DNA of 64,000 bases, taken from contig KZ538108.1 in NCBI GenBank assembly GCA_000934665.2, positions 1 through 64,000 on the forward strand. Reading direction: 5' to 3'. The position numbers and the translations under genes are program-made. Shown here in pieces: positions 46,301 to 61,602 of this stretch. How positions within the stretch are numbered: the stretch's first letter is position 1; the number at the start of each line of letters is the position of its first letter. The notes below the pieces were generated by a model. It saw nothing but the letters and a program-made list of their open reading frames with translations, did no database searches and was not told the DNA's origin. This DNA comes from Catajapyx aquilonaris. Taxonomy: Eukaryota.

Positions 46301-48256
46301 TCATGATTTGATTTGGCTGATGGGATAGGCCACCCTTGCTTCAGCAGCGGCACAGCCAATATCGAAATGATGTCAATTACCGTCCGGCCCCGCTGCTATA
46401 AAGGGACCTGGTAATGAAATGGCATCACTAGTGTACTGTGTGTCGTCCTTTGATTGGGGAAAAAAGAGTGTCCCCGGGTGCTTTTGAAACATTATTTCGG
46501 CCGGAAGAGGAAACGACGCCATGGATCCGCCCTACAATGCTTCTTTCGGCCTCCACCTGTTACATGATGCACTGCCAATTGGGACAAGGGCTTTACTATA
46601 TAGGACATGCAATTATACCGTCGTCGAGTGACGATGGCTTGGATCGAAATCCAATAGCCGATAGACAGCCCCTCTGCGTCACTAATCGTATCGGCAGCAG
46701 CAATTCCCTTGCCAATTTGCGACTCATTATGGCCGATTGAGACGCAGCATCAGTTTGCAAAACGTGTGACAAAAGTGTGCACGTCACGCATGTGAATGGG
46801 CCTGACCCAGAGTGCCACTCGGCCAGAAAAGAGGTTGATGGCCAAGTACACTTGTACCAGTTATGCTGGTGGGATCATGTGTGTGGCCTATGGGTGTTTG
46901 ACCCCCAGACAGCAAGGGTCAAGTACTGCTGAATCGGTGCACACTGATGCAGCACAAGCAGTGCGCTGGTGCTGGTGTTGTTTGTTGTAACGGAAGCCCC
47001 GTTGTGCTTACCTACTCGAGCAAGAATCCATGACGGCGAATGACGTTTCCCGTTTAGAACCGCGGATACAGCCGAAACCACACTTTTATATGCCAGACCA
47101 GCAACGCTCATTGTCTTGCCTGCAATGTAATGAGAGTGGACCGAGAAAGGTGGACAAGTGCGTATAATTGTAATTCAATTGAGCCGAACCGCTCACGATG
47201 ATGCCTTTGGAGAAAAAAAAGCGGTTCCCACACCCTTTCATGCTATGCATGCATAGGCTCGAGGTTTGGAATATTTTCAAGAGTGTAGCAATGGCTGATG
47301 GGAGCGGCCGCACTTGTCAAGCTCAAGTTTTTGAGGATTTCCAGGAATGTCTGGCGGTTGTTTGTGCCACACCCTGTCTCGATTTGGAGGCTTTTTTTTT
47401 TATCAACACCTGCCCTTCCGTCATCGCGCCGACATCATCACAAAAATGTCGACAAACGTGCATTATGGACCCCCCATTTCGGTGGTGGGATGATGATAGC
47501 TGCTATTAGTTTGGGGGGTGGGCTGATGTTATTCCTTGAGGGTGCTGGTTTGTGTCCAGACACAGGGCTCCCAACGGTGCCAGAGGGGGCAAGTTGGCTG
47601 ATCCTCCTGACTGCCCCAGTGGTTCCAGTCAACCGGGTTGAGTGACAGACACAACCACTCAGGCTAGAGTTTGTTTGGTCTGGACACCCCCTCGTTTCTC
47701 CCATGGCTCACACACTCGTGCTAAAGGGGGCATCGACCAAGCCAGTCCTTGGACTCGGCATGCAAAATAAGGAAGGAGACAATGCCGCGCTCAAAGTGCG
47801 TGCCAATATATTTTTTTGTGTGTAAATAATGCTTCATGTTGGCTTGGAAGGAAATGCGCGTTTTTGGAGGATACTGTAGAAACCTCGCGCGATATAGTGG
47901 GTCGGTTCTGGATCATCGGGAGACAGGTACGGGCCATTGATTGGAATTGGGGGGGAAATGGGGAGAGGGGGGACTCTGCATGCATATGGCCAGCGAGAAA
48001 TGGCCGATATATACTGTGGCTTAGTAGTGTTGGTGACAAATTATTTAGCTTTGGAAGGAACCGTCTGTGACGTGTATGCTCGGCAACCTTGACGTGGTGT
48101 ACCGTTGTCGGTGACTGACTCTGCTTGAAAGCTATTTCCCACCCCCACAAAATGCGACCTCTCGCTAATTATGGACCCCCTTTTTTATCATTGGACAGGT
48201 GCGGCGTGCAGATGGAGAGATGACGGGTTGAAAGCGTCGAGCCAGCAGGACACAAG

Positions 48257-51200
48257 ATGGATGCGGACGACATGGGTCGGATGCAGGACCGAGAGGCCCT
48301 GCGACAGATCATCGGGCAATGGAACGCCGACCGAATGGAGATCTTCGAGATGTCCCAGCCAAACGAGGTCACTTACCCACAAAATCACTCTTTAATCTCG
48401 ACTTGTATAAGCGAGCCGCCATGACACTTGTCAAGTTATGCTTGGCTACCTTTGCCCGACGCTCCGGGATCAAGCTTAACTTAATTAGACCAGGCCTCCC
48501 AACTCATTATGCACATTTGACCAAGTGGCCAGTGGTGTGTCGCATATATTATGCTCGAATTGATCATTGTTGTGGCGAATGCGCAATATTTTTTTTCCCC
48601 TCGCTATGTAGCATGCTCCTTTCTTTGTTTACGTTGTTGGGCGTGGACGGCCAGGATACAGGGTCAGTACGTCTTGGTCTAGAAAATGGCTTTGTTACCG
48701 CATCTTTGATTGCGATCTGAATAGTAGTGGCAGCGTGTGCGGTACGTAAACGCATTGTTGCGTGCAGGCAGCAACAACCCATGCACGACTTGCAAAGCTT
48801 TTCGAGTATGTAACACTCGGGTTGCGACATGGCCTGGTGCAAGCTGCTTGCTGGGGGTGAAGCAACGTCGCAAATCCAGCGCCCCCGATGATGACGACGC
48901 AGGTGAAATGAGGCGTCGAAGGATATGCACTCATGTGTATACAGTACAGGTTAGGTATAGGTTGGTGGGGAGGCTGATAGGGATAGACCCGATTCCGATG
49001 CGGTCCACACCCTGCTCTTCCTGTTCAGGGTTTGACCTCCACGAGACGCAGCACACCGTGACCTCTATACACCCCTCTATACCTGTGCATATATTGGAGA
49101 CTGGGTGTCGTGCTAATGGTGGAAATCCGGTGTGGTTCAAGAACACGAATCCAGCAGGGGGAACACGTAGGAAATTGTGGAATGCAATTCCGGCACTTAC
49201 CTTTTGTTGAAGGATTTCGCAATATTTGCACATGGCTATCATCATCAAAATGGGAGATTTTGTGGAGCGAGGTTTCTATAATAACGGAGCAGATTATTCG
49301 AACAAGTGATTTTGTACGTTTCTCTCAGGTTCACGTGAAAACTGGAAGAAATAATTACGGTTTTTTTTAGTGTAGGTGAAAATTTATCAAAATTTTTTCC
49401 TGTCATGCCCATATTAGTGCGCCCAATATGTTTCCATGCTTCAATCAGCGTTCCCCCAGGGCACCACTGATTGAATGATGGGAACGCTGCGCACGTTCAG
49501 GGTCTGCCCGCCTGAACATGCCCAAGCGGATGAAGAAGAGTTGTATTGGTAGCTTATGACGTTGACGTGTAAACATGAAGTAAACTTTTGAAAAAACATC
49601 AATTCGTCAAATAATGCGACGTAGCCGTCACTCTCTCCACCTGATTTTGTGGTTCATCTTGATTTTTGGAGCTATCGCCACCGACACTTCAAATTGAACC
49701 CTGACCTTAATAACCAGAAATGCCAAGGAACTGATATAGTGTTGCTTGAGTACTTGACGTGTAGACAGACTCTAGCAATCTGCATCTGGACAAGTGCCCC
49801 GATGTTGTTGCACCCTGTAGCTTTCATTATAAGTGTAAAAGCAGCCACACTATATTTATTGGGAGAATTCCTTGCGGGCTCTCGGCATTGGGGAAGTGAC
49901 ATATTGTTTGTTCCTGAGCTGTATATGAAATATGGGCATTTTTTTCCCGTATTTCTTATCTTGGTCTGGAATGCTTCTTCCTTCCCCCCCTATCCCAAGG
50001 GAATTCAGGGAGATGGGAAGGGAGGGAGATGGTCTGGAGTGGAACCACTCTGGTCTTTCCCATTCTGGAATCTCTGGGAAACGAGTAAAATTGTGACAGT
50101 TGTTACGTCTAGAATTCTCCTAAAAGAAGCATTGCAGGATTTGGTCGAGAGCAATGTTTAGAACATTTACATTCATATGATTCGTGTTGTTGAATCATTA
50201 AACTTTCTAATAACATCATGTATGGGCTTGTAAGTGAATATAATTTGCATTTTGTGGTCGACCCTGTTTTAGGGGCGTCTGCAACATGGCCATGTAGGTG
50301 GGTCTGCTGCGATGCGAGGAAGGGAGTTTGTAGATACCGAAATTCCCACGGGCTGCTTTGCACCTGTCGCCAGAATGAGGGGGTCTGATGATTAGGACAA
50401 GCATGGCTGCATTAGGGGGAGGGGAGGAAGAGAATGGGTCGGGGAAGTGGAGGACGCGCAACTTCCTTGATGGTAACGGTCTTGAGGATGGGTTGGGTGG
50501 GCGGGTGGGTGGTTAAGACCCACCTGAACAACACCACAGGGGCGTGTCTGCTGCTACACTATGCTAAAATGAGTTTCCTAGACAATGTATGCAAGTGCGT
50601 TGAACGTCCTTTGCCACCACCTTCAATTCACGCTCACTCAACACAAGCCGCCGAGGAAGCCAGAAGGAATTCACGTGCAGCATTGCTCTCATTTCGTGCA
50701 GGCAGAGCCAGGGGGCAGGGCCGGTCCGGTAGTTTAGCTACTACATACTTATGACTTATTTAGCATCCCCTCCCCCCACAAGTCTATTGACCTGTTCCTG
50801 CTCCACACATTCGCCACATTTTTCCAATACCACATGGAATCGCACCCTCTGTGTTACTGCACTAGTTGCTGGCAATCCCTCATCGACCGGATCGGATTCG
50901 TTTTAAGCGGGCTATAATTAGTGAGGTGTGAGGTCAACAGTCCGCGAGCTGCATGTAAATATTATGACTGGCGAAGGCGTGGACCCCGAGGGGGGTATTC
51001 CTCCCCAAACCGAATGGGGACGGGGTTTATATAGGTCCCCCCTCCTCCTAGCTAGAAGAGTTCATTTTCCGAGCACTGTATATATATTCTACTGGAGGCG
51101 GGGACCTTCTGTTTGGAAGGGGGCAGATAGGAGGGGGGGAAGGCAGAGATTCATATCCGGAGAGACTGCGGTAGATATACATCACCCCGAATAGGCCTTC

Positions 51201-54200
51201 GTGATGCAATATGGTGGTTATATTAGAATGGAAGACGAGCCAACTTGGTTTGTAGTTGAGAGACGCCGCCGTGAATGCCCATTATTTCGCAGTCCTTATT
51301 CTCTGTGTGGTCCTTGTTTGAGCGCGTCTGCCAGCATAGCTATCATGCAAAACAGGATGGACGGGGTGGATGACCAAATGGTGTGCGGTAATTTGAGCGA
51401 TGCGGCTGTACTGACCTATTTGTACAGTACTCGTCACTCAGGAATTTCGGACCTTTGAATCATGCATTGGATACAGCAGTGCTTGGGCCTGGTCTGTTGG
51501 CAGCAGCGAAACCTTGGAGCTTGTGCCTGGTGTTTACCTTGCTCAGGGGGGTGTAGCACGGCCAGCAACACGCTGCAAAATGTTTCCGCTGGCACGTAAT
51601 CGACACTTTGGTTACGCAACTCGACAAGTGTAAAGGTCGTGTAAAGGTATGCGAAGGGAAATGTGGCAGGGGTGGCAACATATGTACACTCGGGCTGAAT
51701 GGGGAGTAGATTGAACAAAGTGGGTGGCAGGAAGGAAGTGTGGCCCCAGCCATGAGTCATCAGATTGCCCCAAAGGCTGTCAGGTGGATAGGGGGGGCAA
51801 GGGGCTTGCTGAGGTCCAGGCAGAAATCCGAGCACACTCGAGCATAACTCGATTCACTCGAATCGTTTTCCTTCCTAGAAATAGCCGTGTAGGTGGGGGA
51901 TGTGGCAACCGCGCCGAATACTCGAATTTTACACCCACTAATGCAAAAGTTACTACATCGCTCTGCATTCTTTCGACTTCTCAAACCTCCACATATTGCC
52001 ATTCCTATGCACTATAGGTCAGACGCAGAAAGAATTATTCCGTCTGGCCGTATGCAACCCTGGAATTGAAAAGGAAATCGGCTCCTGATTGGCAGGCAGA
52101 CCTCGAGGACATTTCGGCCTTTTCAGCAAGGGTTTTACAAAGATGTCACGGACCTCATAGAAAGTAAGGGATCACTGCAACATGAATGAAAAAGCAAAAA
52201 TTGAAAGCAATAAGGAGGGTAGGAAATTTCATCCCCCCCCAGGGAAAAAAAAGCAAAAATCAGTTAAAATGTCAGGGCCATTGTGGATGCAATTCACAAA
52301 ACCTTGACAGTTGTTGGGCGTCGCAATTTAGCGGGGGTTTTAATATTTTGTGCGATAGTTTGCAAACTGAAATGGAATATACTGACTGACCTCCATGCCA
52401 GTAATCATGACCGGACCACCTTAGCGAATAAGTGGGACTCAATTTGACGATTTTTTTTTCCCCATCCTCCTTTATCCGATGGCCAGCTTTCGTGCAGTTT
52501 CAACTCTGTTATATATGTCCCGAGGCTTGTAAAGGAAGCCAGGTCGTGCGGAAGAGCGTCTCTCAATCACTGATTGGGCGAGGAAATAATGATGTTGCGG
52601 CAAAAGCCGAACAAAAGGATCTGTTAGGAGGAATGGCAAAAATGCTGTGTGTGTGTGCGAGGGGGAGAAAAATTGCGAGCTAGTTACAGTATGAATGAAG
52701 CAAGTGCGATAATGAAAGGGAGACCTGCGAAAAGGTGAGGGTGCTGCTGGAGGATGGTGCATGCAATGAGAAAAGGGGGGGAAAAAGTGCGATGGACTTT
52801 GGAAGGAGGAATGACGTGGAAGAGGCAAAGAAGAGGTTAGGGCAGCAGCAGCAGGCTGCCATCATGGTGGAGGGTAGGGGGAGAGTGGGCTTGCTCGAAG
52901 GTGTGCTGGCTCACCTGGTGACCTTGGAATTGTCCTCCACTTCTGCTGGGGAGGGAAAAAAGAAAAGAAGTAGGGGTGGATGTGAAGGGGAAGGAGGGAG
53001 GGAAACAAGGATCTCTGAGAGTATTCAGCGGTGAGTCGTCGCCTGGAGCCAAAGGAAAAGCAGCATCTTTTCTCTTTTCGCCTTCGGTGCAGCCCCATTG
53101 GCTGCTGCCTCCATCGACAACATCCTTCTTCCATCTTTCAACCGATTCTGGCACTAACGCCTACCTGCATATAAGACAATGCATTTGAGCCATCCTGTGG
53201 TTCACCGCGAAATTCCCAGATTGATTGGAACATTGCAGAAAATGTGTCATCGCTGTAAAACCTGGCTGCGAAACTTCAAGGAAATACTTGACGCAATATC
53301 AATATTTCATAGTGGGCGTCGTGGAATCCTTGAAAGTAGATGGTCACACAGCTGGCGTAATATCGACAGTTTGGAGCTGTTTTTCTTCCATTTGGGCGTC
53401 ATCAAATCAGCATGATGAATCCGCCTTGGCTGCATCTTCCTATCGGCCTTGTAAATCATACCCAATAGTTTTGAACTGGCGAGGGTCTCCTTACATCATC
53501 TTAGATGGGCTTAAAAGCCCACAATTGACATCTGCGATCATATATGGGCATCGGGACACTTGCATCATCATCATCATCGCGTCAGTGATGTCGCCGTCTT
53601 GGCCACATCCACATGCGCGTCATCGTCGGGATGACATTAAATTTTTCCAACGAGCATATCACAACTGAATTCGTGACCGACTTCCGGCATGAATAAGGGA
53701 AAGGAGGGGGTGGAGGTGAGGGGAGTCACGAATTCGCAGAAGTGACATGAACACACAGTGTGTAAGTGGCCATGACCAGTTGATTTTATGCAGCGCACAG
53801 AGTATGATTACCCCTGGATCGTGTTTGAAGCACATATCTACCTATTTACTGCTGCCTTTTTATGATCTCAGCTTATAGACGTCATTCACGTACTGGTATG
53901 TGGACTGATAACAGAAGCTATGTGCTGTGCAACACGGCTGTAAATGTTGGTTCGCACGAGCGTCTTGGTGCCGTTGTGGCCATGATCGGAGCAAAATGCA
54001 CATGTCTTTTACGTTACCCCAGTGAGACCATCAGCTTTGTATTGTTGAGATTCGAAGTTTGTTTTGCATTCGAGCTGAGTGTGGGTCAGTCAGTGCATGG
54101 CAGCAGCCAGCCGGTGGGAAAGAAGCGCAGGTCGGCCCACTTAGATTAGGTCACACCCCAGAGAGCAACTGATGAGAGATCAGATGAGATGAGCCGTGCA

Positions 54201-57200
54201 CCTCTCCAACTGTGGGAAGTACTCGCTACACCAACGTACACAAGATGGAGCTAGAATAATAATATAAAAAAACGAACAAAAAAAACCGTGAGAGGGCTGG
54301 AGGAAAATATAAGTAAAAGGCATGGCGCTTTCCCCCTATCCGCAGTGATAGGATTTGGAGCGAAACAGCTGATGTTCGTTTGCTGATGGGGAATAGAGCG
54401 GAAATAATAGGGATTACACCTCGTAGTGCATAATGAATCGTGTCCAGTGCAGATTAACGAGGGGGACCATTAGCAATGCATTATACTGATTATGGCTGTT
54501 TGTTGTTGCGAACAGGAGCTGGAGTTCCACGGGGTGATGCGGTTCTACTTCCAAGATGCGGGCCAGAAGGTGTCCACCAAGTGCATCCGTGTGTCGTCGA
54601 CGGCCACCACGGAAGCGGTTGTCGAGACCCTCATCGAGAAGTTCAGGCCGGACATGAGGATGCTTTCCATACCGGAGTACGCCCTCTACGAGATACACGA
54701 GAACGGAGGTAAGGACGAGGATGCCACAAGAGTGACTCACCCAGGAGATAATATATCCCTTATCTTCACTATCTTGAACATCGGGAAGGAAGGAAGGTCA
54801 ATGCAACAAGATGGGATGGGAGTCTGAATTACACGCGCTTTCAACTGCTAGAATGAAGTCTGTAAACTCGGATGGTTCTTATCCAGTCACCTTACCTTAC
54901 AAATTGAGACATGAATGAAACTTGTGGACGAATGTTATTGTTACTACTCAGTCGAGTGACCTTCCTGTGGCACATAAAATGTATTGTTGACGGAAGCTGG
55001 TGACTGCGTTTTTTTTTTTGCAATTTTTGTTACGAAACAGGGAAGTATTTGTTGGTAGGTTTAGGTCCCTTTGATCTTCAGGATTGGGGCCACATGTGGA
55101 TGGTCACATGTGAGCCAAGTGTGTTGTGTGCGTGCAGGATGGGTTGGTGAGGGGCGTGGGTCAGTTGAATATTTATGAGCGGTCACTGCATGCGATGAGA
55201 CTCCCAAATTAGGGCAGATGGGGGTGCATGGTGCCAACGCGGCATTATTGAACCGATCCATGAACGTTGTCTTATTTCAGACGAGAGGAAGCTCAGTCAA
55301 GAGGAGAAGCCTCTCTTGGTGCAGCTGAACTGGCAGAAGGATGACCGCGAGGGCCGATTCCTCCTGAGGAGGATGGATGAGAAGAGCAACGTAAGTGCCT
55401 GCCTCTGCCTGCCCTTTTCCTTGCTTCGTATGTCTCTCTCCCCCTCTTCCCCGAGTCAGTCAACCTCACATCAACAATGATGGCATTTGGCCAGGCATAA
55501 TAGAGTCCCTGGGATTGATCCTGTCAACTGCCTGCCAGCCATTCAAGCCCACCACCACCACTGCAGTCCCCTTTCCTTGCTGCTGCTGCTTCTGCTCCAG
55601 CCTCTCTTTACATAAGGGGACCCCCGACCCAAAAACCCCCCGTCCCGACCTCTCACCCCACCAGGCCATTGGGAACCACTGGAGCCAATTGAGAACAACA
55701 TTGCCCTCGTTGGGAACACGGTCACATGCCCTGACAACCGTGGCCCCTGCGCAGGAGAGAGAGACAGATGCAGTGTTTTCCCTTTCCCCCCCTTCCAACA
55801 AGGTTCTAAAATATAAGAGATGGAAACAGTTTGTCCAAGTTTATGGGTTCAGATTCCTTGATTCTGGAGGTATAAGTGACACCTGCTGCCAAAGGCAATG
55901 GGGACGTGAATGCAATGTGGTACACACTACATTATTTTAGCTGTTGGGGCAAGGTGTGAAGAGGGTGCGAATTGCTTTGGCCGTCAGCCAGGGGGTGAGA
56001 GCGATTGAGGGATGAGTTATTGAAGGGGGGGTAGTCCTTGCCACATCACTCAAGAAGTAGCCTCCAAGTGGTGGGAAGATAAAGGAGGGGNNNNNNGGGG
56101 GGGGGGTCTAATAGCCATGGGCTATAGGAAAGGAGTGGGATGGGCACCGCGGCTCCCATGTCATGCACTTCCTGCCTACAACTTTTGCCCCTTCTTCTCG
56201 CATGTACGTGGGAAAATGCGAGCCAGACACTCTTAACTAATTCTCTTGCTTTTTGCCAGACTTTGCTGACCCTCAAGATGGTCAATGGGTTTCACGGAGC
56301 ATGCTGGGAAGTTTTTCATGTGGTCACTCACTTTGCCTTCAGTCCACTACAGGCACTTCAAGCTGATGGAGACAATAATATTGCAATTGACTCAAAATTA
56401 AGATGCGTGTTAATTTTTAGTGACTGATGACCCAACACAATGTGTGCACCTTTGCATCCTCCTGTACTTGGAAAAGGTGCAGTTTTAAAATGTTGATGTA
56501 ATGATGCACAAAATTATTTTTAGAGCTGTCTCTTTTATGGGCTGCCATCCTCTTACAAATTAGTAACCACTTGAAGAGGCCTGCAACATACCCACCATAA
56601 ATCAGATTTTGCTCTAGATAACTATTTGAAGCAGGCCATGCAGAGACAACTTCTGTGATAGAATAGCTTCAAAGGTTCATGATATCTCTTCGTAAAGGGC
56701 AAGTTGCTATTAAGCTAATTTGCATTGTAGTTGCTGGTCAACTATTTTTCATGTTAGGAAATTGCAGTGTCAATGCTTTGCTCTGGGAGATAGTTTCCCG
56801 TATCTTATGAGAAGGGGCATGAGAGGTACAGGAATAAATTATGTAATAACAGTGATTAAAACCTTGGGTGGTGTGCTAGGATGGTAATTATTACTACCCT
56901 GGTAAAACAATACCAATGCCAAGGAAAGCACTATAGATCTCATTTCCCTCCCTGTGTCATTAATTGATGGAATGCTCATTGACATTGTTGGGTGCTCATT
57001 TAGCACCAGGTTGAGAGGCAGATGTAGAAACTTGGTGGCTATTTTTTCCCTTCTAAATTCCACCCTCAGTATTTGTTGGTCTCTCTCTCTCTGGCTTTGT
57101 TTGTTTTGATGCATTCCAAATACTGATATGGCTTTACAGGAGATAAGATATTGGCGCGAAAATAGAGGCAACCTCACTGATTAGCTGCTTCTCCACATGC

Positions 57201-60200
57201 CTGTGTGGGGCTGTAATTTTAAAGCAGGAAGTGGTGCGTATGCCTAGTGGAAAATTTCCAAACCGGCTCTGGAAACAGATTAAATCCAATTTACATGACC
57301 AACCATCCACCCCAGGATCCTACCTGCAAGCTGAATTTTGTTTACAATTTACGGTGGGCAGGACGTATAACAGAGTATGACTGGAGGGGTTAGTTTTCAT
57401 TGCATGTTACTTTTCAGTAAAACTCAGTGGGCCAGTGAATTTATGGAGGCTGTTTACCTGCTTGATTTATGGTGCAGTGGGTTCCACTTTTAATGAACTT
57501 TGAGAGGGTGGAGAATTTGTTCAGGGAAAGCTACGAATAAACTTCCGCAGCTTGAATTGCCTGGTGGACTGAAAAGAAAAAAAGAGCACGTTAAAAAATT
57601 TAGAGTTTGGGGCATTCAGTTTACATATTGTAATATGAAGTGTTTCTTCACCGTGGGCTTGTAAATGATTATGACTAGGTTGCATCCATGGGCACTGCAA
57701 AGGAATGACGTTTAGAGCAGCAAAGCAACTGTGATTAAAGGCTGTGGGCTATGCAGACTGAAACACACACATGTACACATACAGAGATAAGTTGAAGTTA
57801 AGCATTCCTCTGGGGAAACATGAAGCACCAATCCAGCAGTGAACAGGAATAACTCTTATTGAGGGAGAAATGATATGGTCCTTGAACAATTTGGAGGAAG
57901 GCTATGCTTTCTGGAGTAGTTGATTGTTATAGGTTAAGTAATGAGGGGTTTATTCCGGTTTTTTGGTCGGGAGATGCTACATGAATAGGAACATTTTGTG
58001 ACAGACAATGCCTTTAGTGAACTCGGAATGCTTTTCTAACAGTAGTTCTTGCATATAGCCTTCTTTGATGAGTGTCCATTTATGCTGTTATGGTCTCATG
58101 ATTGAGACAGTGTTGTCAGCGGGAGAAAGCAGGCCCATTCACGTGGATCCCAACACAATTGAAGGTGTGGTCTTGTCATTTTAAAGTGAATGTTAGCCAA
58201 CAGCAAGGAATGAATATTCCACAGCCATGCAAATCCAAGTATATGCATTGAATATGAACATGCAGAGAAGTTTGGAGGTGAATGGAATATAAACAGATAT
58301 CTCTGTGGCATAATAATAAGAATGACAGCAAAGCGATGCTACTTCCGGACTCCCCAACCCAAAAGGGAATTTTGTTGAATAGTATCAGTGTCTTTCAGAA
58401 TTTATCTTGCTTTTCTACTGACATGGTGAGATTACTACTAACTTCACCATTACTGCATCATTATTTATCCTGTGTAGATCAAATGCCTTTGTAGGAAAAG
58501 TATGCATTATCTCACTATTAATGTGTAATTAGAAGTGGAAGTGGTCACTCACTTGCAGTATATGAGCATCTCCATGCAGATATGTTTAGATGTATTTGAG
58601 GCACCATTAATTGCATATTCATTGGATGCATCTTGCATGAATGATAAAAATTTATGTAACACATACTAACACATTCTGACATCACATGCAAGGAATTTGT
58701 GACTGCTGAAGTTGTGGGGTAATATATTGCTTGCAGGTGTTCTCTGATGTAAAGTGATTTTGTTGGTATTTTTATGCAGTTGCAATGCAGTAGCAGAAAG
58801 TGTTTACAAGTTTTGCTGACAAGATGCCAATATTGCAGGTGGCAGAGATGCATCTACCAGAAGGCGGAAGCTTCAAGCGCAAGCTATCCCGGCGTGAGAA
58901 AAAGCAGCTAAAGAAGCAGGAGAAAATGATCCGTGCTAAGAGAGCTGGAATTGCACATTATGGCACAGGTGGAGTTGGAGGGATGGGCATTGGAGATGGA
59001 CTGGATGGCCCAGGGGTGGAAGATGGAGTTGGCCCAGGGGCAGGAGGAGACCAGGAAAATGTGGCTGAAAAGCTCTACTCTGAGTTACCAGAGACGAGCT
59101 TCACCCGATCCATATCAAACCCCGAGGCTGTGATGAGGCGGCGAAGGCAGCAGAAGCTGGAGAAGAAGCTGCAGCAGTTCCGGAGCAAGGACGGGGGTCC
59201 AGACACGGGAGGGACTCTGAAAATCTACGGGGAGGCCCTGTGCAAAGACGTCCCATACAAAACTCTGCTGCTGTCAGTGAGGGACAACGCAGCATTCGTT
59301 GTCAAGGAGATGCTGGCCAAGTATGGCCTGGACAAGGAGGAGCCTAACAATTATTGCCTTGTACAGGTGATGATAACATTTGTGTTCATGTAACTTAATA
59401 AGGGTTCTCTTGGATTTGGATATTTTAGCTTGCTTTAGCTGCAGTGTAGCAGAATATTAATATTAATGAAACAATAGTCGAGTGTTATTAGGGTTATCAC
59501 ATGCGGATTACCTGGCCATGATTGCGATTATTGCACTGGAGATACAGTAATTATGCTCCATTGTGAAGATAATCTGAGTAGGGCGCCTGGAATAGGAATG
59601 TTTGAAACAGACGTTAGATTAGGTCAGCCTTTCTGATAATTGTGAAACTGCATTATTCTAATTCATTGTGTGGCTTCCAGGACTGAAATCAGGAAATTGC
59701 CTAAATTTAAGTGGTCAAGATGAAGTAGGAGGATGGTGGAGAGGGCCACATACTTTTTGGAGGCCTCTCATGTCATGTCCAGGTGGCCAAATTGTGATGC
59801 CAATGCAATATATCCATTTGTGATGGAGTTAATTTACATCAAGACATAACGGGCTAGTTGACGAAGTAGGCCATCATGTTAGAGTGAAGGGAAAATATGT
59901 GAATGTTGTGTTAAGATAATATACCATTTGAACTTAGCTTAACCAGGTACACAGTCATTATGCAGTGCATCTAGAAACACGTCATCACTCTGGACCTTGC
60001 CAAATCTTTGCCACATTGCATTGGTTTTAACATAAAGCAGCAATCAGGACCACATTCACATAGTCTCATTATGCATCTCGCAGCATGCAAGCCCTAATAG
60101 TTGCTTACGTTTGAACTGGCTGGAGTAAATAAGTTTTGTACCCACCCCTGGTCAGTCAGTATTAAGCTGGATAATTTTAGTGATGTCCACCTTCTCTTGA

Positions 60201-61602
60201 AGTAAAAATAACTCACAGGTTAGAAGCAAAGTATAAATGCAAAGTTGTGCTCATTAACAATAAGTAAACTACATGATTCTCAAATATTATACTGAAAGGT
60301 TGCAGTGATGAGATCTTGATTTTTAGTGTTGTCAATTATTACTAAAAGTCAAATTAATGAAGTTTTGATGTGTCCACCCATAAGGTTTCCCTTTGTCTTT
60401 CCCATTGGGAAGGGACTTAACACTGACTTGGAACATTTAGAGTTTTATATATATTTAAAAACCACTCTATAAATCGAGAATCATCTACCATTGCTAGAAA
60501 ATATTTAACCTTGCTGACTCCTCCTGAAGCAATTTGAAATGGTTAAAATTGGCATATGAAAATTTTAAAGATGGATACAGGCACACCTTTCTTTACAGTG
60601 TTTCACTTTGTTGCAGTTTGTTAATACATCCTTTTCAATTATATTAATTTTTATTATTTCTTGTGCATGCTCTTGCCTCTCCATGCATGTCAGTTGAGAC
60701 CAAGCCAAGTGAAGCAAGCATTGCCAAAGTTGTTATTTTTTACTTTTACATCATTTTTTTGACCTAAAGCTATTGCGCACTTAATACATTATAGTGTAAA
60801 CATGGTTTAGGGTTTAATATGCACTAGAAAATGGGGAAAAAAACTCATTTGCTTTGTGGCAATAATTAATTTTACTAAGGGTGTCTGAAACCTAGCCTGC
60901 ATATGGGGGTGTGCCTGTATTTGTAATATCAGAATTGATATGATAAAACTGAATTGCACTTTTTAATTATAATGGTGTGAGGAACAAAATCCACTAAAAC
61001 CAATTGTGGTTTGCAAAAAAAAAAAGGTTCTTATGAGGAATGCTGTAGAAGTTTTATGATACTTCTTTGTTGAAATATTATACGTACTGAAAAACATTGT
61101 TACACTTGTGATATTGTCACATTCTGCACTGCAGTGTGAAGTTCGTTATATGCTTCAGAACACTGATAGGTTGGAAGCGCAATTTTATTTCCAAAGGTGT
61201 AATTTTTACTATTATGCATTTTCTCTCAAGACATCTCATTCACTTATAAGAAAGACAGTTTCTGTTTTGGTGTGATTTTTATCCAGTATAATGCCATCCC
61301 GCTGTATACACAGCACATGCTGCAAGAAGCCAAGAAAATTTAATTATCAATGTGCCCATACTACTGTGCACAAAAGTTGTCTTACATGGAATTGTTAATT
61401 TCATGTAGCTTGCCTTGCATATGACTAGCAAGAAGTATAAGTTTATAGAGGTGTGAAAAGGATAGCCAGTTTCCTATTAACGATCCATGTTTGCAGGTGA
61501 CTGTTCCCATGCCTGGAGAGCACCCAAGTGCCAACCCAGATTACATCCTGGACGAGGAGGAGTGCCCTTTGGCCCTGCTGACTTCACAGGCATCTGGACG
61601 AG
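48257..61602 (+). CDS. AFDN: Afadin/canoe (AF-6), N-terminal two Ras-association domains; continues beyond the window
   Basis: Exons 48257-48367 (REALRQIIGQWNADRMEIFEMSQPNE), 54516-54708 (LEFHGVMRFYFQD...KCIRVSSTATT...LIEKFRPDMRML), 55281-55390 (EKPLLVQLNWQKDDREGRFLLR), 58839-59366 (FKRKLSRREKK...LPETSFTRSISNPEAVMRRRRQQKLEKKL...GGTLKIYG...PYKTLLLS) and 61497-61602 (YILDEEECPL), all in frame. A 5' UTR exon may end at the donor near 43973. Confidence 0.96.
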
